Source: a virus (Duplodnaviria > Caudoviricetes). From it: a DNA stretch of 53,524 nucleotides. The notes under the pieces were generated by a model that saw nothing but the letters and a program-made list of their open reading frames with translations, did no database searches and was not told the DNA's origin. Location: positions 1 to 53,524 of the IMG/VR virus record IMGVR_UViG_3300049444_000105; one strand, written 5' to 3'. Of the stretch, positions 18,031 through 26,830 are shown in pieces (position 1 is the first letter of the stretch; the number at the start of each line of letters is the position of its first letter). The translations under genes were made by a program, and so were the position numbers.

Positions 18031-18435
18031 ATGGCAGAGAGACCAATGATGACGGCCATGGAAGAGGTGATCTTCCAGCCGCTCTACCTGTTCCATCCCA
18101 ACCAACCGGGCGGCGTCCTCGTAGAAACGCAGGACGTGTACGACAAGTTGCGCGCCCAGGGAGGGTGGGTCGAGAGTCCCGCCGAGTTTGGGGTCATTAC
18201 CGCCCCCAATACCGATCAGGCGATTCTTCAGGGGGCAGCCATTATGCCGGCCCCGCCGCCAGAGGCCCGCACCACGGGACCGGCAGTGGCGGTCCTCGAA
18301 ACCGAAGTGGCCTCGCTGCAAGCCTTACTCACGGCGGTCACGGAACGGCTGGAGGCCCTGGAAGCGAAAACGGACGCTTTAACCACGCCGCCGGAGGAAG
18401 ACGATACCCCTCATGCGACGCGAGGGAGGAAATAA
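18031..18435 (+). CDS. Hypothetical protein
   Basis: GAAGGA RBS; follows the coat gene. Confidence 0.7.
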   Translation: MAERPMMTAMEEVIFQPLYLFHPNQPGGVLVETQDVYDKLRAQGGWVESPAEFGVITAPNTDQAILQGAAIMPAPPPEARTTGPAVAVLETEVASLQALLTAVTERLEALEAKTDALTTPPEEDDTPHATRGRK

Positions 18436-18914
18436 TGCCGGGAACTTTAAACACGAGTGTGAGCAACCTCGCCGCCCCGACCTGGCTTGCCAAAGCGGGT
18501 CTGGCCAAATATACGAAGGTGTTTTCGGTGCCGACCCTGTCTACGCTGTCGAATGCGGCGGTGAACCACTGGACACCGGGTCATAAGGGGCGCATTACCA
18601 AGGTGACGTGGGTAACGTATGCCCCCGCCACCACGGCCGCCAAGCTGGCCACCATTACGCCGTCCATTGATGGCGTGGACGTGACCGGCGGGGTGCTGGC
18701 CCTCACGACGGTAGCGGCGAATACCCTCAACAAAGAGTTAGCGGGGACCGCCATTACCGCGAATAATGCCTTTACGGCGACTAGCACGATCACGCTGACC
18801 GCCTCCGCGGTGACGGCCTTTGTGGAAGGGTCGGGCGAGATTCAGTTAGAGGTGGTCAACGATGATACGTTAGAGAGCGGCGCGATCATCGGCCAGATGC
18901 GCGCTGCGGTCTGA
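18435..18914 (+). CDS. Probable capsid decoration/virion protein
   Basis: GGGAGG RBS, TAATG coupling; Thr/Ala-rich beta protein. Confidence 0.6.
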   Translation: MPGTLNTSVSNLAAPTWLAKAGLAKYTKVFSVPTLSTLSNAAVNHWTPGHKGRITKVTWVTYAPATTAAKLATITPSIDGVDVTGGVLALTTVAANTLNKELAGTAITANNAFTATSTITLTASAVTAFVEGSGEIQLEVVNDDTLESGAIIGQMRAAV

Positions 18915-19597
18915 TGGCGCGGGCGCGCGTCTTTTTGGCGTACCCTCATTATGGCCCCGTCGTTTTGGCGTCAGCGCTGGCGGCGGCGCACGCCTCGCAC
19001 GCGCATGACGTGATGATCTGGCCCAGTGAAGACAGCCGCTTGCCCCACTCGTTTAATAAGTTGTGGTGTGCAGCGCTGAACACGCGCCAGGCCCAGGGGT
19101 GGACGCATTTTGCCATGCTCCACAGTGATGTGGCCCCGGTGGGCCTGGAGTGGTTGGATACGCTGCTGGCGGTGATGCAGGCGGCGGCGGTGCAGGTGCT
19201 GTCGTGTGTCATCCCGGTGAAGGACGGGAGCGGGCTCACCAGTACGGGGCTCTACGACTGGGAGACGAAGGGGGTCAGGTGCTTGACGCTGCGGGAGGTC
19301 GCCACGCTGCCCCCGACGTTTACGGTGGCCGACACCAACTGGCCGGAGCAGGTGTTACTGGTCAATACGGGCTGCTTTGTCTGTGACTTTACGCAGCCAT
19401 GGGTGGAACAGATCGTGTTTCGGTTTCATGATGAGATTTTTAAGGACGCACAGGGGGTGTTCCAGGCGCGGACGCTGAGTGAAGATTGGGGACTGAGCAT
19501 TCAGTGGGCACGCTTGGGGGTGGCAGTCGCCGCTACGCGCTGCGTGCCACTGGTGCACTACGGAAGCCAGGGGTATCCCAACTATGACTGTACGTGA
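18914..19597 (+). CDS. GT-A (GT2-like) glycosyltransferase
   Basis: THFAMLHSDV (DxD-like), TGCF, SEDW, H.G motifs. Confidence 0.7.
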   Translation: MARARVFLAYPHYGPVVLASALAAAHASHAHDVMIWPSEDSRLPHSFNKLWCAALNTRQAQGWTHFAMLHSDVAPVGLEWLDTLLAVMQAAAVQVLSCVIPVKDGSGLTSTGLYDWETKGVRCLTLREVATLPPTFTVADTNWPEQVLLVNTGCFVCDFTQPWVEQIVFRFHDEIFKDAQGVFQARTLSEDWGLSIQWARLGVAVAATRCVPLVHYGSQGYPNYDCT

Positions 19598-20345
19598 CCT
19601 CATTACCACCGCCTTACTCAAGCTCGGCATCGTCGGGGACGATGAAATCCCGTCTGCTAGCATGGCCGCTGGGGGCTTACGGTGCCTCAACTCCCTGCTG
19701 GATGCCTGGGCGCTGGAAGACCTGCTGGTGTACGTCATCGACCGCCAGATCTTCTCCTTGGTAGGGGGCATGCAGACGTACACGCTTGGCCCTGGCGGGC
19801 TGTGGAATACGACGCCGCTCTATGGGGCGGGGTGTCCGCGCCCGATCCAGATCAGCCAAGCGTGGTGGCAGGAGCCGGCGACCCTCATTGAAGAGCCGAT
19901 TGCCGTGTTGCGCGATCACCAGGACTATCAGAACCTGCGCTCCGTGCCGATGACCATTGGCTCGCAGGTGACGGCACTCTGGTATGACCCTACTGCGCCG
20001 CTCGGTCGCGTCTTTGTGTATCCGACGCCAACCATGGTCGCCAATATCATTCTCTATCTGTGGCATCCCTGGAATGCCGCCAATACCTTAGATACGGTGA
20101 TGGTGCTGGCTCCAGGATACCAACGCATGCTGGAGTATAACCTCCCAGTGGAAATTTCCAGTGAATATCCGGGGACACTGCGCCCAGACATCCTGGCGCT
20201 GGCAAACGAGAGCCGCGAGCGGGTCCAAATTCGCAATGTACGTGTGCCTCGCATGACGAGCGATGTCGCTGGGGTGACGGGCCATGGGGGCGAGGGACGC
20301 CGCTCGCTCTGGGGCTTTACCGATTGGTTGACGGGGAGCGATTAG
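19584..20345 (+). CDS. Head-to-tail adaptor (P22 gp4-like)
   Basis: MTVRDLITTALLKLG...LN.LLD.W...PGYQRMLEYNL. Confidence 0.75.
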   Translation: MTVRDLITTALLKLGIVGDDEIPSASMAAGGLRCLNSLLDAWALEDLLVYVIDRQIFSLVGGMQTYTLGPGGLWNTTPLYGAGCPRPIQISQAWWQEPATLIEEPIAVLRDHQDYQNLRSVPMTIGSQVTALWYDPTAPLGRVFVYPTPTMVANIILYLWHPWNAANTLDTVMVLAPGYQRMLEYNLPVEISSEYPGTLRPDILALANESRERVQIRNVRVPRMTSDVAGVTGHGGEGRRSLWGFTDWLTGSD

Positions 20346-20347
20346 GT

Positions 20348-21787
20348 ATGCCCAGGCTTCAGTGGATCGGGCAATCATCCAGATATAAGAATCCGCAGCT
20401 AGATTCCATGCGCCTTATCAATGCCTTTGCCGAGCTGGTCGAGAGCAAGCAGGGAGCCACCGTGACCGCCCTCATTGGCACGCCTGGCCTGAAGCTCTTT
20501 GTGACCTTGCTGGCTGGGGGACCCGTCCGTGCGCTCTATCAGTCCTCCGACCAACGCCTCTTTGCCGTGCAGGGCAATGCGTTTGTCGAGATTTTCGTCT
20601 CAGGTGCTCTCGCACAGTACGGGACCTTAAATAGTATTAATGGCCCCGTGAGCATGGTGGATAACGGTATCCAGCTCATGCTGGTTGATGGCGTGGACGG
20701 CTACTATCTCACGCTGGCGACCAACATCTTTACGCGCATCACCGATGGCAACTTCCCAGGCTCCACACACGTCACGTACCTCGATGGCTATTTTGTCTTC
20801 CCGGTGCCAGGGACGCAGCAAATCGGCTGGACCGACCCGCTCAGTGTCACCTTTGACGCGCTCAACTTTACCGCCGTGGAAGGCTCTCCCGACCAGATGG
20901 TGAGCCAGATTGTGGTGCATAAGGATCTGTGGAACTTTGGCGAGCATACGACCGAAGTGTTGGCCGATGTGCGCGATCCCGACCGCCCCTTCCAGCCTAT
21001 TCCTGGCGCGTTTATCCATCAGGGCTGCGCTGCCAAGTTCTCCCCCTCGCGCGTGGGGGAATCGCTCTACTGGCTCTCACGCGGCGACGACGGGCGGGGG
21101 CTCGTGGTCCAAGCGCAGGGGTACAATCCGCAGCGCGTCTCCACGCATCCCGTGGAAGAAGCGATCCAGAGCTATAGCACGATTGACGACGCGATCGGTT
21201 GGGGGCAGCAGTACCGGGGGCACCATTTTTACTGGCTCACATTCCCGACCGCCAATGTGACGTGGGTACTCGACACCACGACGGGGCTGTGGCACGAACG
21301 TGGCGCGTGGGAGCCCGTCATGGGCACCATCGGCAGGCATCGGGCGAACTGTTACGTGTTCGCCTACGGCAAGCATCTTGTGGGCGACTATGTGGACGGG
21401 CGCATCTACGAGTTAGACCCGGACACGTATACGGACGCCGGGGCGCCGCTCGTGTTTGAGGCCGGGCTGCCGCCCCTATTCGACAGCGAGGGTTCCAGCC
21501 GAGTGCGGCATGATAGGTTACAAATTCTGTGTAAGACAGGTGTAGGGCTCGACGGCATCCAACTCGGGGAGGACCCGGTCGTGGACCTGCTCATCAGTAA
21601 TGACGGCGGGAATACCTACGGCATTGTGCGTTCGATGGAACTCGGGCGTATCGGCCAGGTGCGTACTATGGTCGAATTTCGTCAGCTCGGGAGTGCCTAC
21701 GACCGCAGGTATAAACTGCGCGTGTCGTCGCCAGTCGAGCGGCAAATCTATGCCGCCCTTGTCGATTATGAAGTGTTGGGAGCCTAG
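20348..21787 (+). CDS. Packaged-DNA stabilization / tail nozzle protein (P22 gp10-like)
   Basis: TPGL, YLDGYFVF, E.SPD, RVSTH.VE, GH.FY.LTFP, WHER, SNDGGNT. Confidence 0.9.
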   Translation: MPRLQWIGQSSRYKNPQLDSMRLINAFAELVESKQGATVTALIGTPGLKLFVTLLAGGPVRALYQSSDQRLFAVQGNAFVEIFVSGALAQYGTLNSINGPVSMVDNGIQLMLVDGVDGYYLTLATNIFTRITDGNFPGSTHVTYLDGYFVFPVPGTQQIGWTDPLSVTFDALNFTAVEGSPDQMVSQIVVHKDLWNFGEHTTEVLADVRDPDRPFQPIPGAFIHQGCAAKFSPSRVGESLYWLSRGDDGRGLVVQAQGYNPQRVSTHPVEEAIQSYSTIDDAIGWGQQYRGHHFYWLTFPTANVTWVLDTTTGLWHERGAWEPVMGTIGRHRANCYVFAYGKHLVGDYVDGRIYELDPDTYTDAGAPLVFEAGLPPLFDSEGSSRVRHDRLQILCKTGVGLDGIQLGEDPVVDLLISNDGGNTYGIVRSMELGRIGQVRTMVEFRQLGSAYDRRYKLRVSSPVERQIYAALVDYEVLGA

Positions 21788-21789
21788 CG

Positions 21790-22434
21790 ATGCCGGGAAC
21801 CCTAACCACCTCGCTCGCGCGCACCCCAATGATAGACGCACGGAGCGGGCTCATCACGCGGCCCTGGTTGCTCCATCTCGACACGCTGGGACAGGAGGAA
21901 CAGATGGCAGTGCCCTATGCAGACCTGGCGAGGCGCGGGCAACTGTTCCTGGCCGCGATGCAGGCGCCGGTGCTCTTTCCAGTGGGCTTAACGACGGTGG
22001 GCAGTGGCCTGACGCTCTTTAATCCGGCAGATGCCTTGGTCATGCTGGCGGTGCTCCAGTGTACGGTGTCGATGACCGGGACGCCGACCGCCGCCGTACA
22101 AGCCAACACGGTCATGGCCTATGCCGCCAATGTCGGGACGCCGACGAGCGCGGTGCCGATTGTGCCCGTCAATGGGCTGGTGGGGGGCACGGTGGCGCCG
22201 GTAGGGCAGGCGTATAGCTCGTGTACGCTGCCGGCTGGGCTCGTGGTCGTGCGTCTGCATCCCGTGAGTCTCAGCCATGAGACGGCGGTGGGCGGGCAAC
22301 GCTTGAGCGCCGTGGATCAGGTTGATGGGGCGCTCTGTCTGGCACCAGGGTCGCTTGTCAGCCTGCAGAACCTGGGGTCAGCCTTCGATGCGATGATATC
22401 AATATGCTGGGCGGAATTGCCGCTGAGAGGATAA
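21790..22434 (+). CDS. Hypothetical virion protein
   Basis: N-terminal P.ID..SGLITRPW motif; follows the gp10-like gene. Confidence 0.65.
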   Translation: MPGTLTTSLARTPMIDARSGLITRPWLLHLDTLGQEEQMAVPYADLARRGQLFLAAMQAPVLFPVGLTTVGSGLTLFNPADALVMLAVLQCTVSMTGTPTAAVQANTVMAYAANVGTPTSAVPIVPVNGLVGGTVAPVGQAYSSCTLPAGLVVVRLHPVSLSHETAVGGQRLSAVDQVDGALCLAPGSLVSLQNLGSAFDAMISICWAELPLRG

Positions 22435-22438
22435 GGGT

Positions 22439-24139
22439 ATGGCCGGAACAGTCCGTACAGAAGCGTACCCTGAGCAGAAGCCGCTCGACGCGAACCCACA
22501 GGACTATGGTGATAGGGCTTTTCCTGATATACCTAAAGGATATAAGACATGGACAGATTACGTGAAGGCCGTCCTCACCGCCAACGAGAGCGGCAACAAG
22601 GGACCGCAGCCGTATAACCAATACGGCGACCAGGCGAACGGCGAGTCGCCAATGGCGTGGCTCCAGAGCACGCTTGGGTATGCGCGCCTGGCCCCATACC
22701 TCGATCAGGCGGACCCGCAGATTCAGGGCATGCTCGACAATATGTACTACGCGGGCTCCTCCTACGATCAGTACAACCCTCTAGGCGATCCCTTCACCTC
22801 AGCGCTCGCCGTCCTCGGCGCGGCGGTGGGCGGCGCCTCGCTGTACGGGGCGCTGGGCGGCGCGGCAGAAGCGGCTGGAACGTTTGCCGGTGGCGCGGGC
22901 ACAGACTTGCTCTATGGCGGCGCCGTCGGGGGTGATCTGCTGGCCGGTGGTGGCGGCGCGGGGCTCACGGCTGGCCAGGCCGCAGCCCTTGGGGGTGGTG
23001 GTGCGGGTGCGCTCGGTGGCAGTGCAGCGCTGGGTGGCGCTGGCGGTGGTGGTGCAGGCTTTCTCGCGGGGGCCGCTCCAGCGGCGGCAGCCGCAGCGCC
23101 AGCAGCCGCGGGAAGTTTAGGAGGTATCTTGGGCAGCATTGGACCGTATGCACCCCTCATTGGCACAGGGCTGACGGTCGCGGGCAATCTGGCTGGTGGC
23201 GCCATAGCGAGTGGGGCGGCCAAGAGCGCCGCCAATACGCAAGCCGCCGCCGCCGCCGAGGCGAACCGCATCCTCCAGCAGCAGTATGAGCAGAGTCGGG
23301 CCGACCTGGCGCCCTACCGCGAGGCGGGCTACCGGGGGCTGGCGGCGCAAGAAGCACTCACGAATCAACCGATCGGCTTTGACCCGTACACGGCCACGCC
23401 GACGCTCGACCCGGCGCAGTATGCCTTTACGGCGCCTAATCAACCGCTCGACCCGGCGGCCTACAAGTTTGCGCCGACGACCGGGCAGCAAGTGCTCGAT
23501 GACGACCCCGGCTATCAGTTCCGCTTGAGCGAGGGCATGAAGGCGCTGCAATCGACCAATGCCGCCAAGGGCGGGCTCCTCTCGGGGGGCGCCGTCAAAG
23601 GGGCGCTGAAATACGGGCAGGGGCTGGCGAGTCAGGAATACGAGAAGTCGTATGCGCGTGGGCTCGCGCGCAATGAGCAGGACTGGAACCGGGCCATCTA
23701 CGGCAATGAGATGACCTACAACCGCGCGCTCAAAGAGAATGAACTGGGCTATGGACGGTCGTATCAGCAAAACGCCGACCTGGCGGCGCGCAACCGCGAT
23801 CAGTACTCCACCAATTATCAGGCGCAGATGGGCACGCGGCAGCAGCGCTTTAACGAGCTGGCCTCGCTGACGGGTCTGGGGCAAACAGCCACCAAGGAAG
23901 GCAACCTGCTCGGGGCCAATCTGGGGGGGGCGCTCTCGGGCAACATTACCGGGGCGGGGGCGGCCAGAGCAGCCGGAGACGTGGGATCGGCCAATGCCTG
24001 GAGCGGCGCTCTTGGTGGCATCGGCAATGCCGCGAACAATTACCTCCAGTACAGCCTGCTCAGTCAGCAGCTAGCGAATCAGCAGCGGCAGCCCACCTAC
24101 GGCTACCGAGGCCCATACGGAGGTGGCTATGGCTTTTAA
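22439..24139 (+). CDS. DNA ejection/transfer protein
   Basis: Gly/Ala hydrophobic region; DPGYQFRL.EG...GGLLSG...YGQ.LASQEY motif. Confidence 0.8.
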   Translation: MAGTVRTEAYPEQKPLDANPQDYGDRAFPDIPKGYKTWTDYVKAVLTANESGNKGPQPYNQYGDQANGESPMAWLQSTLGYARLAPYLDQADPQIQGMLDNMYYAGSSYDQYNPLGDPFTSALAVLGAAVGGASLYGALGGAAEAAGTFAGGAGTDLLYGGAVGGDLLAGGGGAGLTAGQAAALGGGGAGALGGSAALGGAGGGGAGFLAGAAPAAAAAAPAAAGSLGGILGSIGPYAPLIGTGLTVAGNLAGGAIASGAAKSAANTQAAAAAEANRILQQQYEQSRADLAPYREAGYRGLAAQEALTNQPIGFDPYTATPTLDPAQYAFTAPNQPLDPAAYKFAPTTGQQVLDDDPGYQFRLSEGMKALQSTNAAKGGLLSGGAVKGALKYGQGLASQEYEKSYARGLARNEQDWNRAIYGNEMTYNRALKENELGYGRSYQQNADLAARNRDQYSTNYQAQMGTRQQRFNELASLTGLGQTATKEGNLLGANLGGALSGNITGAGAARAAGDVGSANAWSGALGGIGNAANNYLQYSLLSQQLANQQRQPTYGYRGPYGGGYGF

Positions 24140-24656
24140 CGATCAGTTTGGCATGCAGCAGCAATATGGCCAGAGCCCCTGGCAGCGCCGCCGCCGCTCA
24201 ATGGGCATGGGTGGCATGGGCATGGGCGGGTACGGTCAGGGCGCTGGTGGTTGGGGTTCTCAGGCGATGCAGACCCCGCTTGGTCAGACGCCGTATGGCG
24301 GGCAAGGCGGCGGGCAGGACGTGGACTGGAACGCACAGAGGCAGGGGTGGCAGGCGACGGGCGCGGACCCAGCGCAGATGCAAGCGAATACGGCGGCGGT
24401 GCTGCGCCAGCAGCAGGCCAACCAGATGGCGATTGCCAACCAGGATCGGGCCAACCAGGAGGCGGGAGGCGTCAGTGGGCAATCTCCCTACTCTGGCCCT
24501 GGCATGACGATGGGCGACTGGGGCGGTGGCATGGGCATGAACCTGGACGACGACTACTGGGCACGCAAGCGCCGCCAGCAGGGCGGCAATGACCAGATGA
24601 TGTACTGGGGGAGCCCGCAGCAGCAACTCATGAATCAACCCCTAGGTTGGTACTAA
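24129..24656 (+). CDS. Q/G/M/Y low-complexity protein in the ejection module
   Basis: GGAGG RBS; overlaps the upstream gene. Confidence 0.65.
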   Translation: MAFNDQFGMQQQYGQSPWQRRRRSMGMGGMGMGGYGQGAGGWGSQAMQTPLGQTPYGGQGGGQDVDWNAQRQGWQATGADPAQMQANTAAVLRQQQANQMAIANQDRANQEAGGVSGQSPYSGPGMTMGDWGGGMGMNLDDDYWARKRRQQGGNDQMMYWGSPQQQLMNQPLGWY

Positions 24657-24659
24657 ACT

Positions 24660-26828
24660 ATGGCAATTGACCCTCGAATTTCCTTGGCCGCTACCGCCCC
24701 CATTATCCAGCCGCCCGACCTGGTGGGCACGATGGTCGCGGCGGGCCGGTTGCGTGAGCAGCAGAGCATCAACAACTTGCGCGACCTGCAAGCCTATCAG
24801 GCAGCGGAAGACTATGCCGCGGACCAGCGCATCGCCAAGATTATCCGCGACCATTATGCAAGCCAAGGCGGCATGGGCGTGCCGGGGGGGGCGCTGCCGA
24901 GCCCGGCCCCGCTGACTCCCTCACCGCTCGCTCGTCCAGCGATGCCCGCCGCCGTGACCCAGACCCCCCTGGGCGCGACACCGGCCCCCCCCACCGCAGG
25001 CGACCCGTTTGGCACAGGGCCTGGTATCAACAACCGGTTTGGGAGTTGGGGCACCGCGAAGGGGACACCCATTCCCGAGGCACCGCCACCAGCGTCGATG
25101 AGCCAACCCGCTGCACTTCCAGGACAGCCGGCACCGGCATCCCCAATGGCGTCTGGCGTGCCGAAAGAAGGCTACCTGGGTGTGCAGGATTTAGGCGGCG
25201 GGAACATCGCCACCGTGCTCACGCATACGGTGACCGAGCCCAGCATTAACGGCGGACGCCCGACGAATATCCCGCTCATTGTGCCAGGGATTAGCCCGGA
25301 GGAAATCAAGGCCATTGCGCGTGGTGCGCAGCCCTCTGAGGAAGCCTATGGGCGCTCCATTCGGCATGCCCAGCAACGCCTCGCCAATGGCGAGCAGATT
25401 CCTTCGTATAGCACGATCGATGAGGCCGTAGCGGCGGCGAAGAGTGAGTCAGCGCAGCGCGGACAGGCGAATCAACCCCCCGGCGTGGCCCCGCCCCCCG
25501 CACCAGCACCAGACACGGGCGCCGCCGCACCGCCACCGCCACCAGCACCAGCCCCCGGCGCCGGCGCCGGCGCACCTGCGGCAACCCCCACGCTGGCGCC
25601 AACGCCGCTCCCCGGCATGCAGATGATGCGCCGGCCGCCCTATGAACAACTGCTGGGCGAGGGCCGTCGGGGCATGGTGGCCGTACAGGGGCTGCAACAG
25701 ATGGAGAGCGCCGAGCAGACGAGGCAAGCCAGTCAGCAGACACAACAACTCAACCAGGCGAAAACGCTCGAAGCGGGGATTACGTATATGCAGCATGCCC
25801 TCGCGCTGCCCACCGACCAGGCCACCTATGACGCGATGCTGCAAAAAATGGCCAGCGACGGGCCAGCCTACGCCCAGATGGCTGCTCAGTTGCCGAAAAC
25901 CTATGATCCCGCCCAGGTGGAGGCGACGCTTAGGCGGCTGGCCATGATTAAGCAACGAGCGCAAGGCAACCAGCTCGGCATGCAGCCGATCCCTGCCACG
26001 AGGGACGGAAAACATATTATCCTGCGCATGGCGCCGGGTGGTCTGGAAGAAGCCCAGGCACCACCAGGGGTGGAGGTGACGCCGCAGGGCGTCATCCGCG
26101 AAGACACCGGCACGGAAATCATTTTGCGCGACCGTGCCGGAAACATTCTCTCCAGGCAACCCAAAGAGGTCCAAAAGGCGGCAGAGCAGAAGGCCACCGG
26201 CACGGCATCGGGCAAGGCGGCGGGCGAACTCCCCGAGAAGCTGCGGGACGCCCAAACCACCATCGCCAGCATCGGCGACCAGCATGGTCGAGTGAACAAG
26301 GCGATTGATGCGGCGCTTTCGACCATGGATAGACCAGGAGAATTGCCAGCGACCGGCACCGTGTCGACGCTGTATAACGTCTTTGGTGAAACCAATGCGC
26401 GGATGCTCCGCAATCAACTCAAAATCATTGTCTCCAACATGGGCCTCGATCAATTACTGACGCTGGCGAAGGCTGGCGGGAGGCTCGGCTCCGTGACCGA
26501 AGCCGAACACAAATTGCTGCAAAGCACCATTGCGGCCCTTGACCCCGAAGGGACGGTGGACTCGATCAAACAGCAGTTGCAAAATGTGCGCGATGCCGTC
26601 GTCCAGAGCCGGCAACGCATCCAAGAAGCCTATGACCGCGATGTGGCGGCATTGCAGCAAGCGCAGCCGGGGACGGGGCAGCGGCAGCCAGGGCAGGGCA
26701 CGCCACCGCGGACGGTGATCCCGAAGGATCAGGCCGAGCGCGTCATTCAACAATTCATCCAACAAGGCGGCACACGCGAGCAAATCCTTGAAACGTGGCG
26801 CCAGAAGCATATTGAGGTGGGACAGTAG
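24660..26828 (+). CDS. DNA ejection protein
   Basis: MAIDPRISL start, Pro-rich linker, helical C-terminus; position in the ejection module. Confidence 0.7.
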   Translation: MAIDPRISLAATAPIIQPPDLVGTMVAAGRLREQQSINNLRDLQAYQAAEDYAADQRIAKIIRDHYASQGGMGVPGGALPSPAPLTPSPLARPAMPAAVTQTPLGATPAPPTAGDPFGTGPGINNRFGSWGTAKGTPIPEAPPPASMSQPAALPGQPAPASPMASGVPKEGYLGVQDLGGGNIATVLTHTVTEPSINGGRPTNIPLIVPGISPEEIKAIARGAQPSEEAYGRSIRHAQQRLANGEQIPSYSTIDEAVAAAKSESAQRGQANQPPGVAPPPAPAPDTGAAAPPPPPAPAPGAGAGAPAATPTLAPTPLPGMQMMRRPPYEQLLGEGRRGMVAVQGLQQMESAEQTRQASQQTQQLNQAKTLEAGITYMQHALALPTDQATYDAMLQKMASDGPAYAQMAAQLPKTYDPAQVEATLRRLAMIKQRAQGNQLGMQPIPATRDGKHIILRMAPGGLEEAQAPPGVEVTPQGVIREDTGTEIILRDRAGNILSRQPKEVQKAAEQKATGTASGKAAGELPEKLRDAQTTIASIGDQHGRVNKAIDAALSTMDRPGELPATGTVSTLYNVFGETNARMLRNQLKIIVSNMGLDQLLTLAKAGGRLGSVTEAEHKLLQSTIAALDPEGTVDSIKQQLQNVRDAVVQSRQRIQEAYDRDVAALQQAQPGTGQRQPGQGTPPRTVIPKDQAERVIQQFIQQGGTREQILETWRQKHIEVGQ

Positions 26829-26830
26829 GC

